Assembly (NCBI GenBank): GCA_964035545.1
Contig: OZ037768.1
Location: 8,464,741-8,528,740 of the forward strand
DNA: 64,000 bases
DNA from: Bugula neritina
Taxonomy: Eukaryota > Animalia > Bryozoa
Direction: 5' to 3'
Shown here: positions 12,487 to 32,538 of the stretch, in pieces
How the letters are laid out: each line of letters opens with the position of its first letter
Numbering within the stretch: the first letter of the stretch is position 1
The notes under the pieces: generated by a model
Told to the model about the DNA's origin: nothing
The model's input: only the letters and a program-made list of their open reading frames with translations
Database searches by the model: none
Translations under genes and position numbers: made by a program

Positions 12487-12945
12487 ACAATCATAAAAGT
12501 GCGCATTTAACAATCTTCACTCAGTGCCGAATCTCTTATATTTTCTCTCATCAGAAACCTGTTGAGTCTGTTACTAAAAGCGAACAAGATAACGATACCA
12601 TATTATTTCATTCTATACAAGTTTACCTAAACCCTAGCAGCAAAGGTTGCTGCTATGTTATACAGTTCTTAGTGGCTTCAATAGTAATACAACGATACTT
12701 AAATCTAGCAGTTTTATCACATTAATTTGTTATTTATTTTTTTTGAAATTATTGTTTGTTGTTTTGTTTCTCTATTACAATTAGTCATAGACATTGTTGT
12801 GTTAAACTTCCGCTGTAAATTCTCAAATTATCTAGCTAGTCATTTTGAGTGAGCTTTGACCACCATGAAATTTATTTTGTTTACAAAAATATATCATTTG
12901 AAAAATGTAATGTATGAGTTTTTTAATTTGTTTATGCTGGAGTTA

Positions 12946-15385
12946 TCAGTAAATATGGTGATTGAAGGTGCTTCCATAGTTGAGATTCCAAGATTTGGGA
13001 ACTTGCCATTTAGATTGCAATCCAAGAACCTCTGATTTCTGCAAATAGAAATCAAGTTTTAGCAAAGCAGCAAATAAAACAACCAAGATAATTCTTCATA
13101 GTCCCACAATGAAAAGCAAAGATTTTTTTGAAAGACAAAATATTTTTTCAAGTAACTAAAAACAGTTCACTCAAAGCTGTCACTGTTTAAAACATTTTAA
13201 CTCTAATGGAAGTTCACAACTCACTAATAAGTTGCTAACAATTGTTAATACCGATAACATTTAAAACCATTATCAAAAAATATGTTTGTGCAAGAGATAA
13301 TGTTTTGTTATAAGCAGAATAAGGTGGAGTTTTTTTCTTGATAATGCATTATTTGAGGCATTTTAAATGAGTTGGTGAACTCTACCCCTCTCTCTAGAAG
13401 GCATCTGTTGTTTTTCAGCAATAAAATGACACCTATCTTAGTTACACTATCAAAATTCTTTAATAATTAATGGTGTTGGTGAGGTGCACGAGAGAATAAC
13501 TCATAATTATTTGGCCAATCCACTCACTTATTTACTAGTCAAATGAAATATTGACATTGCATGCCTAACATAGAATACAATTTTCATTCTTTTATGCTAT
13601 AATTATTACATATATTTTTTTATTGCCAAAGGATGTAAAAGACTCCAAATAATATTATTTTTTAAGTAGAAAGAAAAATTTAGATTAATAATTTTGAGCA
13701 ATAAATAATTTCATCTCATAAGAAATAAATGCTTAGAGTTTGATTGGTTAGTATTTCTAATCAACTGCTCAAAAAAAAACAAAAATAGAAAAGCTAAATC
13801 AAGAATGTGCAAGTTTTAATAATATAAGATGTTCATTTTTTATAAATATGATAAAACTAATCAAGCGGGATGTGATTATGAACTTACATCATGTTCTTCC
13901 ACAACATTAGTCCATGCATTTACGTGGTCAGCCATCTTGACAGCGTCAAGTGAATTATCACCCTCTGCACAAAACATCAGCAACCCAACAAAAGCGATTT
14001 TTTCTTTAATGCTGCAAAATAAAAAGAGTAATTTCACAAGCCAAGTTTAAAACAACTGATATAACAGTTGTAAAATTAATTCAGTCAAAATGTAGGACTA
14101 GAGTATACAACATAATAATATTATGGAAAAACTGAAATTCTAAATTTCTTACCAATCGCCATAAAGCGTTTTAGCTATTCCACTGCCTGGAAAGCGCTTT
14201 TCTGATCTACCAAATTCGTCAGCGGTATCTTCTAACTCAATCCATTTTGAAAAAGTTGGTACAAGGGACTTAGCTTCATCAGTAGCTACATACCGAAACT
14301 GCAAACTGATAACCAATACTGAATATTAATACATTGAATATTACAACAAGTTTATAAATACTCCAAGAAGAGAAATAAAAGAGAATAGATTAACGGGACA
14401 AAAAAGCACACAATTTTGAAAGCAGATAACTAAGCACCAGGCTATATAAAACTTTATTAATTATGTTAACGAAATTGGCTGACAAAGCATGTAACATGGT
14501 GGAAGAAAAGAAGACAAGAGAATGATGAAGGTAATTCATCTCAACTTCAGATATATTAAAAAGAGATTCGTTTTACCCAGTTAGTTGTTGATCTGTTCGC
14601 ATGTGAGCATACATAGATCCAATCAGATATACAACTTTGAATTGCTGATTTTTAATCCACTCAAGGAGCTTCTTACGAAACAATTTCCGCTTTCCTTTGA
14701 CGAATGAGGCTCTCTGTTGTATGATCATAAATTGTTTCAACTTTACCGAGTACACTGTAATAAGACATTCAAAAGCATTAGCAGTCAACAACACCTGCAT
14801 TTACAAGAGCTAACAAAAAATTAAGCTTTATTTATTAATATTTATATTCCCATAATGCAGCAACTAGGAATAAAAGCTTTAAAAATCATAAAAACATATG
14901 TTACAATAGTATAAAAAAGCGATTAGCTATGCATAGTGATGTGACAATAAAATTATATACTAACCATCACAGCACGTGCTAAGTTGACACGACAACGCAG
15001 TGTCAGCATCAGAGAAAGGATCATTACCAATTACTGGCAATAAACTTTCATCATATATTGAGCCAATTTTCTCAGCTTGAGTTGTGGCAATGAGAACATC
15101 TACAGTAAGCTGGCCAACATTTCCAACAGATATTGCAGGCTACAATAACATTCAATTCATCTATAAAAAAGTACCAGTTTAATGGTATCGGTTTAATGTT
15201 TTCAAGTTTGAACAAACATTTCGAATAAAACAAATATCATTCTCTCAATAGTATTTAAAATCTTATTAGTAAAAATACACACATGCAATAGCTATAAAAT
15301 GACAGTATCAATTGCTTACCAATACTAGGTTGTAGTTGCTAGTTTCTAGTTTGCTAAAACTTTGATCATATGGTTTAAAGAACAT
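12946..15385 (-). CDS. PSMG2: Proteasome assembly chaperone 2 (PAC2)
   Basis: Exons ~15385-15320, 15139-14965, 14754-14577, 14305-14153, 14011-13889, 13038-12946. Motifs PAISVGNVGQLTVDVLI, LLPVIGNDP, PGSGIAK, FCAEGDN, WQVPKSW. Confidence 0.92.
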
Positions 15386-16299
15386 GATATTTCCAGTCTA
15401 GATACAACCTTCAATATAAATTGTAATGTTTTAAATAGTTAACGTAGTAAAAACAATTTAAATCATACACAACATATTAGAATGTAATTTAGCTTCAGCT
15501 TATATTGAATAAGTCTGACTTTTGAATTTGAATGAGAATCTGAAGGAGTCATAAACCTATAACATTTTTAAATGCTTGGTTGTATTGTAGATGTTAAAAA
15601 TACACATATTACTGTACAAGTTCTAAGGTGATTCCATAAGAAATAAAAACATAAATTTTTGTACATGCGAGTTCTTTGCTCTAAGTTGATGTTGTACAAT
15701 AATTACTAAGGCTGTTGTTGCACCTTCACTTTGTCTTTCACAAATAATAATATAAAATTAGCAGCAAACATACTTTAATATACATAAACTAATAACACAA
15801 GAGTTAACAAAAGCTTACTTAGTATTTTAATAAGCAGGTGTTTTGGCTTTCACTTCCAAGTATGTAAACCATATTTGTACAGACTCAAGACTTGCTACTA
15901 ACTCTAAGATATTGAATTAAACACAATAATTATAAATTTGTTATTGCTGCATGCTTCAATTGCTTTAGTAATTATTATTAAGCCAAAATAAAAATTGTAT
16001 TTTAACCCAACTATTACTAATGAGTACTACTATTACTATAACAATATAATAAATAATATAAATATAATAACAAAAATTAATGATTATATTTATAACTAAT
16101 AATAATATTATTCAGAATTTATATTATGATTGATGCTGATTTTACGGAAGTTTTTAATGAATAATAATATTCCGCATAGCCAAAGTCTAATTTTATTATA
16201 TAGGCTTAAAGTTGTAGACTTTTGTTATTGTTTTAATAAACAAAGTAAAAAATTTTAAATTAAATTTTTTGTTTTAAATTAAAAAACAAAACAATTATT

Positions 16300-16480
16300 A
16301 AAAATGTTGACTGTTTTTACCTAATAGAGAGCTGTTTTATAGTAATATTGCTTCCGCAATACGAATTCATCGTTTTATGCAAACCTCTGTAAATTTTTAC
16401 TTCAAGAAACTTTTGCAGTCAAAGTTCCTGTAGCTTTGATACTCAAGTATTTTGCAATCAAATAAACAGTTGTAGCATTT
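16300..16480. promoter_or_regulatory. Inferred bidirectional promoter between PSMG2 and DHX16
   Basis: Lies between divergent genes; CpG-containing patch with palindromic ATTGCTTCCGCAAT (16347-16360); candidate non-coding-exon donor CAG|GTATGA at 16640. Confidence 0.4.
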
Positions 16481-16745
16481 TTAATAATTTATAACACTTC
16501 TTGGAAGTATTTTACTTGAATTTTTCTAAATTTTAAACTAAAACTACTACTAGTACTACTACCTTACTCTTAGGCTTAAACTTAAAGTTAAGAAGTTTAA
16601 GATCAAGATGTATCAGTATAGTTGATAGGTTCTAATCAGGTATGACTATCACTCAAAGAATGTACTTAATCAAGTTGTATTTTGTTGTTCTTCAAAACTT
16701 GTACAAGTTTCAAGCTATTTTATATTTTGGCTGCTCTCTCAATTG

Positions 16746-16915
16746 TGGTACTATGTCTACTACTACTAGTACTAGTGTTAGTGGCAGTTCTACTACTACT
16801 AGTACCAGTAGTAGTACTACTAGTACTAGTAGACACAGTACTGGTAGTAGTAGTAGTAGTACTAGTACTACTACTAGTAGTAGACTAGTAGTATGAATAT
16901 GTTACTTACTAGTAA
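16746..16915. repeat. Self-complementary (TAG/TAC)n low-complexity tract in the inferred DHX16 5' UTR intron
   Basis: Runs of TAGTAG and TACTAC with embedded palindromes such as CTACTAGTACTAGTAG. Confidence 0.85.
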
Positions 16916-17691
16916 TTATAGTTATTTAAAATTATTATTAATGCTGGAAGTAAAAGTAAACCTGCAAGTTTACGATTTACAGAATGTTTTGCTGTCAGAT
17001 TTTAGTTTTCAGATGTCTTGTAAAAATTACAGCAAATGTAAATCATCGTCAAAAATGTTGTAGGACTCTCCAATTGCTTACCTTATAATTACATTTATTT
17101 TTCAGCTTTAATGAGTTCAAACCAAATTATCTGCCAACTGATGTTGGCCTTAGTTGGCAGCCTCTTTCCGTCAATTTACATAATAATAAATTGTATAAAG
17201 CCTGATTACACAGACAATTGGCTACTGTTAGAAAATAGTTGAAACATTGTATGAGCCATATTTTGTATAAAACCTGAAATAACTGATTTATTGAAATTTT
17301 AGTGAGCTCCTATTAATTTGTATTTACCACCTAATTTAGTATTTCAGAAAGTTTTAAGAACACCCGTTTTTCTAGCTGATACTATACCAATAAAAAAATA
17401 TTGTCATTTTGTGACTTTTGGCTGATAATTAAGTGTAACTACTTTTTCAGGTTTGAGGTATTTTAATTAAAATGTGATGTTTAATTGAAATTTTATAATT
17501 TTATTGCCAGTTGCCAGTTATTGTATATTGAATTTACTATGCACACTACACCAGATTCCAAATATACAATATGAGATACTTTCACACATCCTACTAACGT
17601 GCACATATATCTTGCTTCAGTACACCCATGCTCTAGAGACAACCTTCATTTTATTGTCTGTAATTCTAGGACACAAATATTACTGTGTGAT

Positions 17692-26835
<9,144 letters not shown>

Positions 26836-27978
26836 GTGAATATTAGAACATGTAAATATATTGTATGTATAAATTGTAATATAATTTTGTAATATGTTTG
26901 ACATACAAAATTCTCTTTTGTACTACCTAGTCTATATTTTCAAAGATTCATTACACAAGCTGTAGTATAGTTAGTTTTACTTCACAAAAAATTGCTAAAA
27001 ATAAAATGTAAGTTATTGAGTAAATTTAAAAACACCTATTTTATTTGTTCTTATGTCAACTAATTTTAAAGTTGTTTGAGTTTTTTGCAACGTTTTCATT
27101 TGAGGTAGCAATTGTTATTTGTTTAGTCTTTTCATGTTTGATCTGATATTACAAAATATCCATGTGCTAGACAGCTAGAGTATGTAAAAAAAGTAGGAGA
27201 CTGGTGATAATGCGATAGGAATAAGAGTTTTTCAGCTGGGGACACATCGAAAATATTCACACATGTGCTGTAGACAAATGATTCGACAATATCAAATTAG
27301 ATTTTCTTGTGGAACAGCTGAACAAAAACTTCTCCTTGGGTCCATCATCACTTGCTTCACCCCCCATAAATTTCAGATAGTGGTTTTCAACAGCTTGTTA
27401 TTGATCTAAATTCTCCTATACTAGTTCATCAGTGTAGTCCTTGGGCATAATACAAAGCAAGGTTTAAGGGTCCAATCCTTGCCTTTCAAAAAGTTTCGAG
27501 CAAAATTAAAATGAGCTTATACTGTGAAGGTTTTATTTTACAACTTGAAGATGTGATAATAGTATGACTAGCTACTAAGTGGAGGTAACTATCAAGCTTG
27601 GATTAAGAGTAAGTACTTCTACTTCTGGGGGAGGTACAGGTTCTAATTCAAAGTGAACCAGAAAGAAATGTTTTTTCCTTCACTAGAATTTTCATGGTGT
27701 AAGGTTCATCACACTTCAGACCAAGTTGTGAAACATAATCAACACCAGCAGTATCTGTTGTACATGCATGCTTGCTAAATAAAAACCATGTAGGAAATTC
27801 TAACATATTTATTTAGAATATTTCTATTTTGCTAGATTAATTATACTTGCTTTTCAAAATTTACAACGTAGCAATAATGGGACAATTTGATGCACAAAGC
27901 AGAACTATAAAACTAAAGTCAACAAATCTAAAAAAATAAACTAACAATAATACTTTATCTTTGATAAGCATGTAGAAT

Positions 27979-30040
27979 TTAATCCTCGTGAGGATTTAGT
28001 GTGGCTGATGCTCGCTGGGCAACAACACTTCGGTATATCATTGAAATATATAATGCTAATAGGAACAATATTACTAGATCATCTAGTAGACCCAGAATGC
28101 CGACAGCCATTTCTGGTATTATGTCCAATGGTGACAGCAAATATAGCACAGCTATGGTAAGACATATATAAATTCGAGCACGAAAAACAAACACCATCCC
28201 TTCTTCAGAGAATAAGTCGCCAATAGCATGCCTCAAGATTGTAGGCAGGTCTTGAATATACTCCCAAATCTATAAATAAAATAACATTTATAAAACTCTA
28301 ATGTGAGCACCAACAAATTTGCACTAATGTAAGTGTCCATAAAGGTGCAGAAAAAATTCAACACACATAATTATTATATTCCTATTTTTAAAAACAAAGT
28401 CGGGATTCTACAAACCGTTCTGGGTTCACCGGAAAATCTTCTATTGTAATTTCTGACTTCTTGCAACACTGTATTTTTAGCTTCTGAGTCTTCTTGAAGC
28501 TCCTCAGCAGTAAAGGAATTGAGCAAAATTGTCACCTACAGGCATGTATAAACTATTCTGTTAATAGTGTTACACCACGACTACCGTAGTTCATGGTGGA
28601 ATTAAAAGTTGGTACTAACAATGTCACGCAAGCAATACTATTAACTTCAAAAAAGCAAAAAGAATACCACACAGGATTGACAATTTCAAGAGTACAAATA
28701 TGCACGAAAAACGCATACATGTGCAGAACTTACGGTTTGTCTGCAGTTTGGGCAAGCAATCGGTCCCATCCAGCGACCCGTCCGCCAGTATGTTATTATG
28801 CAGCTTCCTAGAATACAAGCAAAATATTTCATCACAACATCTGCTAGCATTTATCAACTACTAAATAATATCATTTATAAGTTTCAAGTATTGGTAATAC
28901 CAGCTCTAATAATTAATTTAAAAAAACAAAACTGGTTTCTAAAAAATATGTTAACAAAAATAGCTACTTACAATGTGACACTAAAATCTAGGTTATTAAA
29001 AAATAATAATTTGTATACATTAACAGAAACTTTTACCACAAAACAAATGGCCACAATTGGTCTCAAGTCCATATTGCACGGAATCCAAACATACAGGGCA
29101 CTGAGTTGTTGAGTCACGAGAAGCAGAACTGCGGGGCTCAAGTCTTTGGCGTATTTCTGTAACAGCTGTTTGACTTTCAGGGTGAATCAGAGCTGTTTGG
29201 GGAGAACCTACCCAACTGCACGACATGACAGTGAATTTGTAGGGCAACAAACATGAAGAAAACTTGATGGAAAATAACAACTAGTGAACTAAGACAGTTA
29301 AAACAGAAAGTAATATCACACTAAATAGACTGAGTTCTCATGAGTATTCTGAGTAAATAGCTGCAAAGTTTTTTGGGTTACACTAATTTTCAATCTTATA
29401 ATGGTAGACTTTGGAAATTATTACAACCATTAGCCTAAAACATAGAACTTGGAATGCTACAGTTGCTATAATATAACACAAGTAAATGACTATAGGTTTG
29501 ACAGGTTTAAGCCAGTTTTGCACAGAAGTTGGTCTAAAATTTACAGAACTCAACTGAAACCCTAAGTGAAACCCTAAAAAAACTAGCCATCACTACAGGT
29601 GTTTTATTAATAAATTAATTATTACATAATATGTTTATTAATAAACAAGTACATAGCTTACTTAGCTAGTTTAAAAAAACCTAGGCCAAGAAATTATTTA
29701 TTGCATTATTAAAGAAATGTGCCAAGTCTACTTTTCAGCCTTTCTTCTTCTAACATGAGTTTCACTACATAGTAGATTACAGACAAATTATTCATAAAAC
29801 TTTTATATGTTATTACCATAACTGTTTTTAGTAAAACATTTCTTAATAAGATTTTGTATCATAATTCCATATTTTTTATTTGGTTATGTCATAAAATTCC
29901 AATTGAAAATGCACCACTCACCTTTTAAATTTTACGAATAAAGTAATAAGAAAAACAACAAATCCAGTAGTAATTAGCAAGACTGCATTGCTCACACCTT
30001 CCACAAGGCCTGCACTAGCTTTTAAGTTGAGCTCCGGCAT
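27979..30040 (-). CDS. RNF170: E3 ubiquitin-protein ligase RNF170
   Basis: Exons ~30040-29922, 29215-29037, 28807-28733, 28535-28416, 28269-27979. N-terminal VEGVSN plus [58 protein letters not shown]. Confidence 0.95.
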
Positions 30041-30719
30041 TTTAGTTTAACAGAGACCACCCAGTTCGCCTTACTAAGATCTTACATGTTAATTTAGTAG
30101 TGCATCTCTATAAAATGAACACCAACATGGAATTGAAAATAAAATATGTTTCAATAAAATTGTTATATCTCAGATTTATCTTATTTCAAATATAACAATT
30201 TATTAACCAGTGATAGAAAATAATCCAAAAATAAATCAAATTGGGTTTCCTATATATAGCTATAGTAGGCAGGTCAACCAGTAATAAAATGGTTATTAAC
30301 AAAATGCTCTCTTGCAAAAATTATTGTTGTTCTCTGTTTTGGGCAACTATAAAATAACCATTAGGTTTAGGTAAATGTGATCATATTTGTTAACCACGAT
30401 ATATATTCCTATTGATTATTGCTTATATAACAATTATGTAAATATTTTGATAGTGAGAAACCATCTGTTAACGGTGACTACATAAAAGCTGCACTAGGAC
30501 AGTAGGCTATGTTAATCATAATGTTGTCATGAACATGAGAATTAATCTTGGTGATTATTGTTCTTGCTTATATTTATTTTTATACCAGCTAAATTTAGAG
30601 ACAGTGTATCACATATTGTAATTTATACTGATACAGGTAAATAATAATTAGAATAATTATAATCATTATATTTTCAATTAATCTTTATTTATATATTATA
30701 AGTTTGTGCAGTTAGTGTT

Positions 30720-31350
30720 ACCACAACCAGATTAAATTTACTTTCAGTATCACTATGAGTATGACTATGACATTGTGATTGACTTGGTTTTAAAACCATG
30801 AGACTGAGTATGACTATGAGTTAATGTTATTGTTAGTGAATAATTGAGTATCAGTGAGAGTATCAACATCAGTATAACTATAAGTATAAGTATCAGTATA
30901 AGTATCACCAGGTATGCATATCAGATTGACTTTTATTTAGTTCGGTATGACTGTAAGGCTAATTGGAACACTAATTGTAACAGTTATCAAGTGTAACCGT
31001 AAATCAAAATGAAAATGTGCATCACTATCCCCATCACTATCAGTATGACTATGACTGGGTATGAGGCTATGAGCTAATAGTAATACTAATACTCAATACT
31101 ATCACATTTCCCATCACTGCTTGCATTAATGCTAAATTTAGTATACGCATCAGTATAACTATAGTCTATAACTATAGAAGTATTACATATTTACTTTTAC
31201 TTGTAGTGTTACTAAAACTAAAAGTAAAAGTAAAACTTTTAGTTCAAGTAAATCAAGGGAATCACTTCCTAGTAAACTAATAGCATATCCTAATAAACTG
31301 TATACAAATTAAAATTAACAGTCTAATTTTGTGATAAGGATCGTAACAGT
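30720..31350. repeat. Hexamer-register cryptic repeat (TGACTA/TGAGTA/TCAGTA/TAAGTA) upstream of the RNF170 CDS
   Basis: For example TCAGTA TCACTA TGAGTA TGACTA, AGTATA ACTATA AGTATA AGTATC, and ACTAAA ACTAAA AGTAAA AGTAAA. Confidence 0.8.
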
Positions 31351-31379
31351 AACCAAGATTTAGTTGAAATTTATAAATT

Positions 31380-31812
31380 GAAATTGGCAGTCTCAGCCTG
31401 ATTTTCAGTTTCAGTTTGTGTTGAAGCTTCTCTGCGTTTAGATAGACCGGAAACTAACAGTTTGTTATTCAACGTGCAAGATGCCGTCAGTATATACAGT
31501 CGAACTACAAAATGTTAAGCAATAAAACAAATAACACACTCTTAATTTAAAAAAAGAAATTTTTTGTTTGTTTTTTTTTTATCAAAACTTTTTTATCATT
31601 CTGACAAAGTTCTTTTGTACTGCTGCATTTACACCAGCAGTTATACTATTTCCGTCAGCGGAAAATTTGAATGCAGGTCTATGAATCCGTTTGTATGATT
31701 ATATAATACCAAATATTGTTAGGTGCAATAGAAGTTGAAGCACACGTAAAAATGATTGCAGTGGCAGGCTAAGATTTGATGTTGTTGGCAGTCGTCGTAT
31801 TCTGTGTTTTCG
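31380..31812. promoter_or_regulatory. Inferred bidirectional promoter and first exons of RNF170 and citron kinase
   Basis: CpG-containing patch between divergent genes; ETS-like CCGGAA at ~31447; palindromic TTTCCGTCAGCGGAAA at ~31649; candidate donor at 31813. Confidence 0.45.
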
Positions 31813-31871
31813 GTAATGCATACTATTATATTTTACTAGATCAAATAAATTCATAATTTAATTTAAATTTT

Positions 31872-31972
31872 AATGTAATGACTAATACTAATAGTAATAG
31901 TAATACTAAGACTAAGAGTAATAGTAATACTAATACTAATAGTAATAGTATTACTATTAGTAATAGTAATTT
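31872..31972. repeat. (TAATAG/TAATAC)n hexamer tract in the inferred citron kinase first intron
   Basis: Same unit as the VAP intron 1 tract, with both orientations present. Confidence 0.85.
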
Positions 31973-32538
31973 TCAACTAAAAATTAAGCTTTTTCGATAT
32001 CATAGCTTCAATTTCTTATGACCAAATTTGCATAGGATTATATTTTTAATATTTGATTTGCATCTTCCCATTAACTTTAAGTTTATTCCTATATAATCAT
32101 AGAGAAATGATAGAGTAACTATCGAAATACCATCAAGACGTCACCTTGTTACAATTAAAAAGATATTTCAGTAAAAATGAACTTATAATCCATTGTTTGA
32201 TATGCCTTTGTCATTTTGAATAATAAATTACGTTTAGTTAATAAATAGTTTCAATATTTTTATTTCTGCAAATTTAGGAAGTAAATTAAAATTGCCTAGA
32301 GTGCAGAAGCTTCAGGTACTTTAGTCAGTGAATGTTTAGTTAGGAAGTCTATACCCAACTTGGGTAACTGACTAACTGCAACTCTAAATCTTTCTGTTAT
32401 TGAACTTTATAAAAGTTGGAATCCCAATCAATTTCTGGTTGTACTTGGGGTTATTAATAAATAAAGTAAAATTGAAAACCCCTATAAAGTTTTACCAAAT
32501 AAAAGAAAATAACTCTATTTCTGTCCTATTTTGACAGC

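Noticed and set aside
8716-16430. Shared 10-mer AAAGTTCCTG in two bidirectional promoters
   Set aside because: A single 10-mer match in AT-rich DNA is plausible by chance and is not exact in the third promoter.
16642-16896. Ser/Thr-rich and Val/Leu-rich ORFs
   Set aside because: Translation artefacts of the (TAG/TAC)n tract.
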